Shown here piece by piece: positions 18,114 through 27,545 of a stretch of DNA of 64,000 bases. The DNA is from an uncultured Anaerolineales bacterium. Its GTDB lineage: Bacteria > Chloroflexota > Anaerolineae > Anaerolineales > UBA6663. The notes beneath the pieces are model-generated. The model did no database searches. It saw nothing but the letters and a program-made list of their open reading frames with translations, and had not been told where the DNA came from. The stretch covers positions 4,064 through 68,063 of the forward strand of contig CAYZRP010000006.1 of the NCBI GenBank assembly GCA_964480865.1. The letters run 5' to 3'. The stretch's first letter is position 1, and every line of letters starts with the position of its first letter. Both the position numbers and the translations under genes were made by a program.

Positions 18114-18177
18114 AAGACGCCTGCCACACATCACGCGGGGTTTCCCGCTGGCCTGCCGCCCAGTAAAGAGGGTTGCG

Positions 18178-18192
18178 TTAGGCCGAATGGCC
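18178..18192. promoter_or_regulatory. TTAGGCCGAATGGCC box, site 2
   Basis: A variant of the recurrent box, about 105 nt upstream of the DUF305 gene start. Confidence 0.35.
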
Positions 18193-18297
18193 TAGACCCC
18201 CCGGCCTGTACGCCGACTCGATCTGTCAGCTTGTCCGATGTCTCTTTTTCGCCAACGCTCCTAGGGTTGGGGGAGGTCTGTATCCCCAAGGAGGTTC

Positions 18298-18741
18298 GTG
18301 ATGACGTACCGGAAGCTGGCGCTTGCCCTCTTGATCAATGCCGTGATCATGTATCTGGTCATGTACGTGATGATCGACAAACTGGAGTCCTTCTACCTCA
18401 ACATCAACAACGTCTACATGACGGTGATGATGGTGGCGCCGATGCTCATCGTCATGCTGCTCCTCATGCGCAGCATGTATCCGAACCCGCGCCTGAACAC
18501 CGGCCTGATCGCCACAGCCGCGCTGCTCTTTTTGGGGTGCTTTTTCTTGACCCGCCAGCAATGGCCGGTGGGCGACGTCCAGTTCCTGCGATCGATGATC
18601 CCACATCACTCCGGTGCGATCTTGATGTGCGGCCAGGCTCAGATCACCGATCCCGAGATCAAAACCTTGTGCGGTCAGATCATCGAGTCGCAGCAATCGG
18701 AGATCGATCAGATGCGAGCAATCCTGGATCGCCTGCGCTAG
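18298..18741 (+). CDS. DUF305 family protein
   Basis: TM-rich N-terminus followed by LRSMIPHHSGAILMC..IIESQQSEIDQM, typical of DUF305. Confidence 0.75.
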   Translation: MMTYRKLALALLINAVIMYLVMYVMIDKLESFYLNINNVYMTVMMVAPMLIVMLLLMRSMYPNPRLNTGLIATAALLFLGCFFLTRQQWPVGDVQFLRSMIPHHSGAILMCGQAQITDPEIKTLCGQIIESQQSEIDQMRAILDRLR

Positions 18742-18762
18742 GCGCCGCGACGACGATTGTCG

Positions 18763-21342
18763 CTAACGGTTGAGGCGCGCGTTGCGCAGCAGCACCGCAT
18801 TGACGGCCACCAGGATCGACGAGCCCGACATGAGCAGTGCGCCGAATGCGGGCTGCAGCAACCAGCCAAACGCCGGATACAGAAGCCCGGCCGCCAGCGG
18901 GATCGCCAGACTGTTGTAACCCACCGCCCAGGCCAGGTTCTGCTTCATCTTTCCAACGGTGGCGCGGCCGAGGCGGACGGCGCGGGCGATGTCGAGCGGA
19001 TCCGAGCGCATGAGCACGACGTCGGCGGTCTCCACGGCCACATCGGTGCCGGCGCCGATGGCGATGCCGAGGTCGGCCTGGGCCAGAGCGGGCGCGTCAT
19101 TGACTCCGTCCCCGACCATCGCGACCCGAAGCCTGGTCTGACCGTTCAAGCCGCCCTGCAGTTCCTTGACCCGCGCCGCCTTTTGATCCGGCTTGACCTC
19201 GGCCAGGACCGTGTCGATGCCCAGGTCCTGGGCGATGCGCTCCGCCGTGGCCCAGTTGTCGCCGGTGAGCATCACGGGTTTGAGGCCCAGGTCGCGAAGC
19301 TCGGCGATGGCCTGGCGAGCGGTCTCACGTGGCGCATCGGCGACCGCGATCAGCGCGGCGATCCTTTGATCCAGAGCGACGTAGACCACCGTGCGACCGC
19401 CGCCCGCGAGGGATGGTGCGCGATCCCCGAGAGCGCCGAGCTCGATGGTCGCATCGTCAAGCAACGCCCGATTGCCGATTAAGACCGATTGCTTCCCGAC
19501 GTGCGCGCGCAGGCCGTAGCCCGGCACCGCTTCGAAATGGTGGACAACTGGGAGTTCGAGGCCGCGGGCCTTTGCGGCCTGAACGATCGCGTGAGCCAGA
19601 GGATGCTCGCTGCCGGACTCGGCGGCTGCCGCGACGGCCAGCACATCTTCCACAGTGACTCCGTGTTCCTCGGCGAGGATGATCTCCACGACCTCGGGTT
19701 CGCCCTTGGTGAGCGTGCCGGTCTTATCGAGGACGATCACGTCGAGGCCGGCCGCGGCCTCGAGGGCTGCGGCGTCCTTGAAGAGGATGCCGTGCTGCGC
19801 GCCCAGGCCGGTCCCGACCATGATGGCGGTCGGGGTCGCCAGCCCAAGCGCGTCGGGGCAGGTGATCACCACCACCGTGATCGCGAACGTGAGCGAAAAA
19901 ACCAGCGGATCCAGGCCCTGCGGCATGTAGAGTGGGGCGAGCCAGAAGTACCAAAGCAAAAAGGTCAGCACGCCGGCGGTGACCGCCACGATGACCAGGT
20001 AGTGGGCGGCACGATCGGCCAGGCGCTGCGCCGGAGCCTTCGAGTTCTGAGCGGCCTGAACCAGCTTTACGATCTGGGCCAGGGCCGTGTCGGATCCGAC
20101 CTTCGTCGCGCGGAACGTGAAGGACCCGGCCTTGTTGAGCGTGGCGCCGATGACGGCGTCGCCCGGGCTTTTCTTGACCGGCGCCGATTCGCCCGTGAGC
20201 ATGCTCTCGTCCACGGTCGACCCGCCCTCGATCACGACTCCGTCGACGGCGACTTTCTCGCCGGGCCGCACTCTCACGACGTCGCCGGGCACGATCTGTT
20301 CGGTGGCGATCAGGTACTCCTGGCCATCCCGCAGGATTGTGGCTTTGGGTGGCGCGAGCTGCAGCAAGGCGCGCAAGGCCTGGCTCGTGCCGCGACGTGC
20401 GCGCATCTCCATCCAGTGGCCGAAGAGCACGAAGGTCACCAGCATGGCGGCTGCTTCGTAGAAGACCTCGCCCCTGAAGAGGAAGGTCGCGGCCACCGAG
20501 AACAGGTAGCCCGTGAGCACGCTGAGCGCGACCAGGACGCTCATGTTGAGCACACCCTGGCGCAGGCCGTTGCGTGCGCCGACGTAGAAGGGCCAGGCAC
20601 CATAGAGGACGACCGGCGTGGTCAGGAGGAAGCCGAAGAGCCGATCGTCAAGGCCGAAGGGCAGGGGCAGATGCAGCCCAAGGATCTGGGTCGCCAGGTG
20701 CGAGAACAGAAAGACCGGGATCGTCAACACCAGCGACAGCAGGAAACGGTTGCGCATGTCCCGCTCCATATCGGCCGCGGACATCCCTGCCTTGCCGCCG
20801 TGCGCCGAGTGGTCTTCGTGAAGCTCCGTGGCGGCTGCCGCCGCGGATGCCCCATGCGCGCCGTGGTCCATGGATTTGCCATGACTCTCGTGTGAGGAAG
20901 GCGTGGCTGGCGCGGGGGCATGGTGTTGATGAGCGTTGCTCTCTTCACGAACGGCGAGTGGCGCCATCTCGTGCCCGGCATGCTCGTCCGACGATGTGTT
21001 AGGTGAACGTGAACCCGGTGTGGTCGCGTGAAGGCCCGCGGCCGGGGAGTGCATGTTTGCTGGTGAGTCCGACGCCTGCAGACGGTCGGCTTCATAGGCG
21101 CTCGACTCATGTCGATGATGATCGGGTCGTGACTCGCCCTGGCAGACGTAGCCACAATCGCCGATCGACACCTCCAGCGCAGACGCCGTGACCTGCCGCT
21201 CATCGTAGTACACGGTGACGGTGCCGCTCAGGTAGTTGGCTGTCGCGTGGTGGACGCCGGGCGTTCGCGCCAGCGCGCGTTCGATCGTCGCGGCGCAGCC
21301 GGCATTGACAAAACCCTCAACCCGAAATGTATCCTCGCGCAT
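18763..21342 (-). CDS. P1B-type heavy-metal ATPase with His-rich N-terminus (CopB-like) and atypical CPD transmembrane motif
   Basis: DKTGTLT, TGDN and [11 protein letters not shown] motifs. An HMA-like N-terminal domain without CxxC ([12 protein letters not shown]). His-rich stretch. The TM6 motif reads [13 protein letters not shown]. Confidence 0.85.
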   Translation of the reverse strand: MREDTFRVEGFVNAGCAATIERALARTPGVHHATANYLSGTVTVYYDERQVTASALEVSIGDCGYVCQGESRPDHHRHESSAYEADRLQASDSPANMHSPAAGLHATTPGSRSPNTSSDEHAGHEMAPLAVREESNAHQHHAPAPATPSSHESHGKSMDHGAHGASAAAAATELHEDHSAHGGKAGMSAADMERDMRNRFLLSLVLTIPVFLFSHLATQILGLHLPLPFGLDDRLFGFLLTTPVVLYGAWPFYVGARNGLRQGVLNMSVLVALSVLTGYLFSVAATFLFRGEVFYEAAAMLVTFVLFGHWMEMRARRGTSQALRALLQLAPPKATILRDGQEYLIATEQIVPGDVVRVRPGEKVAVDGVVIEGGSTVDESMLTGESAPVKKSPGDAVIGATLNKAGSFTFRATKVGSDTALAQIVKLVQAAQNSKAPAQRLADRAAHYLVIVAVTAGVLTFLLWYFWLAPLYMPQGLDPLVFSLTFAITVVVITCPDALGLATPTAIMVGTGLGAQHGILFKDAAALEAAAGLDVIVLDKTGTLTKGEPEVVEIILAEEHGVTVEDVLAVAAAAESGSEHPLAHAIVQAAKARGLELPVVHHFEAVPGYGLRAHVGKQSVLIGNRALLDDATIELGALGDRAPSLAGGGRTVVYVALDQRIAALIAVADAPRETARQAIAELRDLGLKPVMLTGDNWATAERIAQDLGIDTVLAEVKPDQKAARVKELQGGLNGQTRLRVAMVGDGVNDAPALAQADLGIAIGAGTDVAVETADVVLMRSDPLDIARAVRLGRATVGKMKQNLAWAVGYNSLAIPLAAGLLYPAFGWLLQPAFGALLMSGSSILVAVNAVLLRNARLNR

Positions 21343-21366
21343 CGTGCTCTTCCCTTCGACCCCCCG

Positions 21367-21380
21367 TTGGCCGAATCACT
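21367..21380. promoter_or_regulatory. TTGGCCGAATCACT partial box, site 3
   Basis: A partial copy of the box, 25-40 nt upstream of the ATPase start (21342, minus strand). Confidence 0.25.
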
Positions 21381-21511
21381 CGGCGGGCAATCTATTTGAC
21401 GAAGACACCTTATCTGGTGCCAGGGGCGAACGGTAGCGCCGAGTCCTCTACGTCAAACGGCGGAGACTGGGCCATCGCTCAGCGCCACTTGGCCATGCAG
21501 CGCTACCCCAC

Positions 21512-21525
21512 CTGGCCAAATGGCG
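21512..21525. promoter_or_regulatory. CTGGCCAAATGGCG box, site 4
   Basis: A copy of the recurrent box. A related TTGGCCATGCAGCG lies 23 nt upstream (21489-21502). Confidence 0.35.
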
Positions 21526-21559
21526 CTCGACACAGACTGAGGAGCGCCCTACGCTTGAG

Positions 21560-21982
21560 TTGATCGGTGCTTCGATTTCGCATCCGAAGCTGGAGAGCCA
21601 TGCGCCCTACTCATCGGCCGTTCTGACCCTGGGTGGTGCCCTTTTGATGGGGCTGGGCGTCTATTTTGTGGCGCTGCGGCCGCCCTTGCTGGCGGAGGAC
21701 CTGCGCTTCATCGGGCTCTCACTCGGGGAGGTCTAGCGAGACGCCCCCGGTCTGTTCCACTGGCTGCCGCATGTGTTCTCCGTGCTGGGCGGTCAGGCCC
21801 TGGCGGCCGGGCTGCTGACCATCTATCTTGCGCAGACCACCTTTCGGCGGCGCGAGCGCGGCGCCTGGCTAATGGCGGCCCTCTCGGGAGCCGGTTCGCT
21901 GGCCGGGATGGCGCTCGTTATCTTCGGCCCGCGGCTTCTGGCCTGTACGGCTTCGAACGCCCTCGGACCGAGCCCAGGCTAA
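21560..21982 (+). pseudogene. small membrane protein gene interrupted by an in-frame TAG
   Basis: A single frame reads ..VLTLGGALLMGLGVYFVALRPPLLAEDLRFIGLSLGEV-TAG-RDAPGLFHWLPHVFSVLGGQALAAGLLTIYL... The start is uncertain (TTG at 21560). Confidence 0.35.
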
Positions 21983-22407
21983 GGCGCTTTGACAGTCAAG
22001 GTGCCGTGCATGCCCGCCTCCTTGTGGCCGGCCACGGTGCAGAAGTACTCGTAGGTGCCAGGCTTCGAAGGCGTGAACTCGATCTGGGAGGAGCCGCCTG
22101 CGGGGGCGGCCGCGTGTAGTTCAGGCTGCACGGTCAGGTTGCTCATGTCATGGCCCGCCATGGACTCGGAGCTCTCCGACATATGGCTCGTGGGGATTTC
22201 CAAGATGCTGAAGTCGTGTTCGACCGTGTCATCGTTCTTGAAGATGAGCCGAACGGGTTGGCCGGCCGTGACTTCAAAGGACGCGGGTTCGTATTGCATC
22301 GCCTTGGCGTCGATCGTGATCTCCTGGACCACGGGGCTGCTCGAGCAGGCGCTGAGGAGCCCCGCCAGGAGGGCCAAGGTGAGGAAGCTCAAACGTGACC
22401 GTCGCAT
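21979..22407 (-). CDS. blue-copper (type 1 cupredoxin) lipoprotein
   Basis: ATG at 22407 preceded by AGGAGAAAG. Lipobox LLSAC. Copper ligands VEHDF and YFCTVAGHKEAGMHG. Confidence 0.8.
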   Translation of the reverse strand: MRRSRLSFLTLALLAGLLSACSSSPVVQEITIDAKAMQYEPASFEVTAGQPVRLIFKNDDTVEHDFSILEIPTSHMSESSESMAGHDMSNLTVQPELHAAAPAGGSSQIEFTPSKPGTYEYFCTVAGHKEAGMHGTLTVKAP

Positions 22408-22470
22408 GTGTTCTTTCTCCTGTCTGTTGACTTCGACTAAACCATACAAAAGAAGTCCATTTATGCGTAG

Positions 22471-22485
22471 CGCCATTTGGCCTAA
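22471..22485. promoter_or_regulatory. CGCCATTTGGCCTAA box (reverse orientation), site 5
   Basis: Exact reverse complement of site 1, about 65 nt upstream of the cupredoxin start. Confidence 0.4.
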
Positions 22486-22750
22486 CGCCCTTTCCAACCA
22501 GGGTCGATCCAGGACTCAGCCGACCATGGCGATGAGCGCTGGCGAGCCCTGATCTGTCCCACAGACTGTTGAAAAGACGAACGTCTCGCACTCCGAATAC
22601 GGCCCGAGGAGAGGCCAGGCTGGCTCACTCGTGTGGCTTAATGTCCCAGCCCAGATGGGACCCGTGCCAGTGTCGCTGTCTTCCTTCCACGTCTACAGTG
22701 TTGCTCAATCGCTTTCGTTCAAGTCCGATAGGGCTCCCTAGGAGGATGAG

Positions 22751-23302
22751 ATGCATCTCACAGATCGTGAACTCTGGACGTTGGTCCATGGCATGGGCTT
22801 CGGAGCGTTGTACCTCCTGGCCTTCGCCGGCGGCATCGCCGGCCTGTACAGCCTGCGCACCAAACTGGTGACGGTCGAAGGCATTATCGATCGCGTCAGC
22901 CGCCTGCGCTGGGGCAGCGCCGTCATGGCGGTCTGCGTCTGGCTGACCGTGATCGTCGGCACTTTCATCGTCTACCCCTGGTATCGCGCGAAGCCGCCGG
23001 AAGCCATCGACACCAAGGCCCAATCGGCCGAGTTGATGGACTACCCGCGCTACTGGCTGCTGGCCAGCGAAGAGACGGCGGAGTATCACCACTTCGGCAT
23101 GGAGTGGAAGGAACACGTGGCCTGGATCACGCCCTTCCTGGCGACGGCGGTGGCGGTGGGCGTCTTCGCCTATGGCAAGGAACTCTCGACCGATCGGCGC
23201 GCGCGCTTCATCCTGATGGGCCTGTTCATCCTGTCGTTCGCGCTCTCGGGGGTGGCGGGCCTCTTCGGAGCCCTGATCACCAAAGCGGCGCCCATCATCT
23301 GA
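22751..23302 (+). CDS. hypothetical membrane protein
   Basis: ATG preceded by TAGGAGGATGAG. Four or five TM helices. I recognise no family. Confidence 0.55.
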   Translation: MHLTDRELWTLVHGMGFGALYLLAFAGGIAGLYSLRTKLVTVEGIIDRVSRLRWGSAVMAVCVWLTVIVGTFIVYPWYRAKPPEAIDTKAQSAELMDYPRYWLLASEETAEYHHFGMEWKEHVAWITPFLATAVAVGVFAYGKELSTDRRARFILMGLFILSFALSGVAGLFGALITKAAPII

Positions 23303-23335
23303 TCCAGACCCTGACCAACTCCAGAGGACATCACC

Positions 23336-23722
23336 ATGGCTACACAATCCGTTCCCGCCGACAAGGTTGTTGAGAAGGCTGCCGGGTACGTCAGCGCCGC
23401 CGACCGCGTGATGAACGCGGCCATGATCGCCAGCGGCGTCGGCTCGGCTGTGCTCGGCCTGATGGTCGTCGGCGCCGAAATGAACGCGGGCCTCAAAGCC
23501 TTCCTGACCTGGGACACGGGCGTCGGTCCGCTGGCCGGCAAGGCCGGCGTCGCCGTGATCGCTTTCTTGATCAGCTGGGTGGCGATGCACGTCGCCTTCC
23601 AGAAGCAGTCACCCAAGCTCATGACCGCGCTCTGGATCACGATCGGGCTGCTGGTCGTGGGCGTGGCCCTGACCTTCCCGCCGATCTATATGGGCATTGC
23701 CGCGGCGTTTGCACCCCAATAA
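23336..23722 (+). CDS. hypothetical membrane protein
   Basis: 128 aa with three TM helices, in tandem with the preceding gene. Confidence 0.5.
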   Translation: MATQSVPADKVVEKAAGYVSAADRVMNAAMIASGVGSAVLGLMVVGAEMNAGLKAFLTWDTGVGPLAGKAGVAVIAFLISWVAMHVAFQKQSPKLMTALWITIGLLVVGVALTFPPIYMGIAAAFAPQ

Positions 23723-23828
23723 GCCAATCGCCTGACCGCAGGGGCGCCTCATGGCGAGGCGCCCCTGATTGCGTTCTGGCCCCCGTTGAGGTGACAATGG
23801 GTCAGGCGCCCTGGATGGGCCGGTCGTC

Positions 23829-25211
23829 ATGAACCCAGGCTTCTTCGTCTTCAACCGCCCGCTGGTATTGTTCGGCTATGGTTTGACGTTCTTCGTCATG
23901 GGCCTGGCGATCTTTCTCCAGTCGCGGCGCTACAGCCGGCTGCGTCTGGCGCGCGATCTGCGCTGGTTGGCCGGCTTCGGCATCTTGCACGGCATCTATG
24001 AGTGGGGGGCCCTCTTCATCCCCATGCAGATCGCCGAACTGTCCCGCCCGGTGGTCGAGCTTCTGTTCACGGTGCAAATTGTGTTGCTGGGCGCGTCCTT
24101 CGCGTGTCTGGTCTTGTTCGGCGCCGCGGCCACCGAGGGACGCTGGGGACGCCTGCATTGGCTCGGTGTAGGCGCCATCGGCGTGTGGGGGGCGAGTTTC
24201 TGGTTCTCCTTCTACCTCTTTCAGTCGACGGAGCAATGGCTCCTGGCCGGGAATGTCTGGGCGCGCTATCTGCTGGGGTTCACCGGGAGTTTACTCTCCG
24301 CGTTCGGTCTGTATCGCTTGGCCCGGGAGACGGTCGCGCCGCTTGGCGCGAACTATCTGTATCGTTCCCTCCAGGTGGCCGGTACGGCGCTGGTTGCGTA
24401 TGGCGTGGTCGCCGGATTGGTCGTTCCAGCGATGCCCTTTCCGCCGGCCGTTTGGATCAATCGAGACACGGTTCAGGCCCTCGTCGGCGTCCCGATTGAA
24501 GTCTTCCGCTCGTTGGCCGGGCTGGTGTTGGCGGTTGCGATCATCCGAGCCCTTGAAGTGTTCGAGGCTGAACTGGATGAGATGATTGGAACCATGGAAG
24601 CCGAGCGGATCCAGAGCGCAGAACGCGCCCGGATCGGCCAGGAGATCCACGACGGCGCCCTGCAGGGCGTGTACTCGGCATCCTTGATTCTCTCCACGCT
24701 GACGCCCCAACTCGAGGGCCAGCCCGACGCCCTCCGCCGGCTTGAACAGGCGCAACAGGTCTTGAGCCACGCCAACCATGATCTGCGCGCCTACATGGGC
24801 ACCTTGCGGGCCGAGGAAGCGCCGGTCTCGATTGTCGAGGCCTTGCGGGTCATGATCCGCGATCCCCGTTACCGTGGCCTCGTGGACATCCAGCTTGAGT
24901 GCAAGGGCGATTGCGTCCTGCACAATGGCCAAGCCCATCATGTTCTGGCCATCGTTCAGGAGTGTCTGGCCAACGTGATCCGACACGCTCAGGCCGAGCG
25001 CGTCTGGATCACGCTCACCCGGCGCGCGGAAGGCCTTGAGGTCCAGGTTCGGGATGATGGGCACGGGTTCGATCCGGATGCGATTGCGCCCGGCTGGGGG
25101 CTGCGAGCCATGCAAGACCGCGCGAAGCTGGCCAGTGGCCAACTCACGATTGAGAGCCAACCTGGGCAGGGGACCACGGTCACGTACCTGGCGCCCGAGG
25201 AGCCGGCATGA
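23829..25211 (+). CDS. polytopic sensor histidine kinase (HisKA_3 type)
   Basis: About six N-terminal TM helices. H-box QEIHDGALQGV. ATPase boxes DDGHGF and GLRAMQDRA. Confidence 0.85.
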   Translation: MNPGFFVFNRPLVLFGYGLTFFVMGLAIFLQSRRYSRLRLARDLRWLAGFGILHGIYEWGALFIPMQIAELSRPVVELLFTVQIVLLGASFACLVLFGAAATEGRWGRLHWLGVGAIGVWGASFWFSFYLFQSTEQWLLAGNVWARYLLGFTGSLLSAFGLYRLARETVAPLGANYLYRSLQVAGTALVAYGVVAGLVVPAMPFPPAVWINRDTVQALVGVPIEVFRSLAGLVLAVAIIRALEVFEAELDEMIGTMEAERIQSAERARIGQEIHDGALQGVYSASLILSTLTPQLEGQPDALRRLEQAQQVLSHANHDLRAYMGTLRAEEAPVSIVEALRVMIRDPRYRGLVDIQLECKGDCVLHNGQAHHVLAIVQECLANVIRHAQAERVWITLTRRAEGLEVQVRDDGHGFDPDAIAPGWGLRAMQDRAKLASGQLTIESQPGQGTTVTYLAPEEPA

Positions 25212-25864
25212 AACGAACCTTGCGGATCGTCCTGGCCGACGACCATGACGTGGTGCGCCTCGGGCTCAAGATGGTGCTGGAGCAAGATGAGGCCAACCGC
25301 GTCGTCGCGGAGGCGGCCACCGCCGAAGCCGCGCTGCAGGCCTGCGAAGCCCATCAGCCCGACGTTGTCATTCTCGACATCCGAATGCCGCCAGGCGCCA
25401 GCGGGCTCGAGGCCTGTCGCACGATCGTCGCGCGCTGGCCCGAAACCCAGGTCATCATGCTGACGTCGTACGCCGACGATGCGGTCATCGCCGACGCGGT
25501 CGAGGCCGGGGCAGTGGGGTATCTGCTCAAAGCCGGTGATCCCCGCGAACTGATCCGGGCGCTGGACGCCGTGCGCGAAGGTGCCTCGGTGCTCGATCCG
25601 ACTGTGACGCGCCGGGTGCTGGCGCTGCTGCGCGGACGATCGAAGGCGACGCCCGATCCGCTTGGCGTCCTCACCACCCGCGAACGCGAGATCCTGGCGT
25701 TGGTGGCCGAAGGCCGCTCCAACGCCGACATCGCCGAACGGCTGGTGCTCAGTGAGAAGACCGTCCGCAACCACCTCAGCGGCGTGTTCGAGAAGCTGGG
25801 TGTGAGCAACCGCATCGAGGCCGCCGCCCTGGCGGCGCGCCATCGCCTCCCGCCGACTAGCTGA
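25208..25864 (+). CDS. response regulator, NarL/LuxR family
   Basis: Overlaps the kinase stop by 4 nt. Receiver domain plus LuxR HTH (LTTREREILALVAEGRSNADIA). Confidence 0.85.
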   Translation: MKRTLRIVLADDHDVVRLGLKMVLEQDEANRVVAEAATAEAALQACEAHQPDVVILDIRMPPGASGLEACRTIVARWPETQVIMLTSYADDAVIADAVEAGAVGYLLKAGDPRELIRALDAVREGASVLDPTVTRRVLALLRGRSKATPDPLGVLTTREREILALVAEGRSNADIAERLVLSEKTVRNHLSGVFEKLGVSNRIEAAALAARHRLPPTS

Positions 25865-25908
25865 CCGCCGCTCAACGGTTTCTGTCTCTGACGCATGGAA
25901 CCCTCCTC

Positions 25909-25937
25909 TTGACTCTTGGCTAACCGTGTCTTATTAT
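25909..25937 (+). promoter_or_regulatory. sigma70-like promoter of padR
   Basis: TTGACT (25909-25914), a 17-nt spacer, then TATTAT (25932-25937), within an AT-rich patch. Confidence 0.55.
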
Positions 25938-25962
25938 CGAATACCGATAACGGAATTCGATA
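25935..25962. promoter_or_regulatory. inverted repeat TATCGAAT-N12-ATTCGATA (candidate PadR operator)
   Basis: Perfect 8-bp arms at 25935-25942 and 25955-25962. A nested TTATCG-N5-CGATAA is also present. The repeat overlaps the -10 element and the 5' UTR of padR. Confidence 0.5.
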
Positions 25963-25973
25963 TAGGAGGCTGC

Positions 25974-26291
25974 ATGGCCCTGACCCGCGACCTATTCCTT
26001 GGCTTTATTCGACTGCATGTCCTTCACCACGCGGCGCAGGAGCCGATCTTTGGGCTGGACATGATCCGCGAGCTGGCCCGGCACGGCTATGACCTCAGCC
26101 CCGGCACGCTCTACCCGATCCTGCACAGCCTCGAGCAGGCTGGCTGGCTGGCCAGCGAGAAACAGGTTGTTGGCGGCAAGACGCGCAAGTACTACACGGC
26201 CACGCGCAAGGGCAAGACGGCCTTGAAGGAGGCCCGGATCAAGGCCCGTGAGCTGCTCGCCGAACTCGATGAACCTCCACCCCGAAAGTGA
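25974..26291 (+). CDS. PadR family transcriptional regulator
   Basis: ATG at 25974 preceded by AGGAGG. GYDLSPGTLYPILHSLEQAGWL is a PadR winged-helix signature. Confidence 0.85.
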   Translation: MALTRDLFLGFIRLHVLHHAAQEPIFGLDMIRELARHGYDLSPGTLYPILHSLEQAGWLASEKQVVGGKTRKYYTATRKGKTALKEARIKARELLAELDEPPPRK

Positions 26292-26297
26292 CACCCG

Positions 26298-27542
26298 ATG
26301 ACCACCCTGTCTGAAACCACCACACCCTCTGAGCCGCAACCCGCGCCACTCTCCGCCGGTCGGGCGCTGAGCTTTGTCGTGTTGCTTGGCGTCGTCAGCC
26401 TGTTCGCCGATCTGACCTACGAGGGCGCTCGGGGCCTGAACGGCCCGTATCTGAGCTTCCTGGGCGCCAGCGCCACGGCGGTCGGGCTGGCGGCGGGCGC
26501 GGGCGAATTGCTCGGCTACGCGCTGCGCTTCTTCACAGGCTATCTCTCCGATCGGACGCAGCGCTACTGGGCCATGACCTTTGCGGGCTATCTCGTCAAC
26601 CTGCTGGCCGCGCCGGCGCTGGCGCTGGTGGGGCGCTGGGAGTGGGCCGTCGGCCTGATCTTCGCCGAGCGGATCGGCAAGGCCATCCGCAACCCGGCCC
26701 GCGACGCCATGCTCTCCTATGCATCCTCGCAGCTCGGCGCCGGCAAGAGCTTTGGCCTGCACGAGGCGCTGGACCAGATCGGCGGCGTGCTGGGCCCGAC
26801 CTTCGTCGCCGTGGTGCTCATGACCCGGGCGCCGGGCGCGGTTGGCCTGGAGACCTATCACGTCGGCTATGCCCTGCTTCTGATCCCGGCGGTCGTGGCG
26901 CTGGCGATCCTGACTGTCGCGCGCTGGCGCTTCCCGCACCCGGCTCAACTCGCCAGCAAGACGCCGCGGATCGCGGCGCACGGATACGCGCCGGCCTACT
27001 GGTGGTACCTGGCCGCAGCCGGTCTAGTGGCGGCCGGCTTCGCCGACTATCCGCTCATCGCCTACCACTTCGAGAAGGTGGGGCGTCTCGGTGTGGAATG
27101 GATCCCGGCGCTGTATGCACTGGCGATGGCCATGGACGCCGTGGCGGCGCTGCTGCTCGGGCGCTGGTTCGATCAGAAGGGGCTGGTGATCGTCATCGGC
27201 GCCTTCGCGGTCTCGGCGCTGGCGGCGCCGCTGGCGTTCTTTGGCGACGCCACGGTGGCCGTGATCGGCGTGATCCTGTGGGGCGTGGGCATGGGCGCCC
27301 AGGAGTCGGTGCTGCGGGCGGCGCTGGTGGGTTTTGTGCCGACCGAGCGTCGCGCCACGGCCTTCGGGCTGTTCCACACCGTCTTCGGGGTCTGCTGGTT
27401 TGCGGGCAGCGCGCTGATGGGCATCCTCTATGACCGATCCTTGTTCGGGGTCGTCCTGTTCTCGGTGGCCGCGCAGGTCGCTGCGTTGCCGCTCTTCTGG
27501 ATCGCGGCCTGGCGGGCTCGCTCACAGGCTCTGGCGAAGTAA
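26298..27542 (+). CDS. MFS transporter
   Basis: 414 aa with about 12 TM helices, 6 nt after padR. Confidence 0.8.
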   Translation: MTTLSETTTPSEPQPAPLSAGRALSFVVLLGVVSLFADLTYEGARGLNGPYLSFLGASATAVGLAAGAGELLGYALRFFTGYLSDRTQRYWAMTFAGYLVNLLAAPALALVGRWEWAVGLIFAERIGKAIRNPARDAMLSYASSQLGAGKSFGLHEALDQIGGVLGPTFVAVVLMTRAPGAVGLETYHVGYALLLIPAVVALAILTVARWRFPHPAQLASKTPRIAAHGYAPAYWWYLAAAGLVAAGFADYPLIAYHFEKVGRLGVEWIPALYALAMAMDAVAALLLGRWFDQKGLVIVIGAFAVSALAAPLAFFGDATVAVIGVILWGVGMGAQESVLRAALVGFVPTERRATAFGLFHTVFGVCWFAGSALMGILYDRSLFGVVLFSVAAQVAALPLFWIAAWRARSQALAK

Positions 27543-27545
27543 GCA

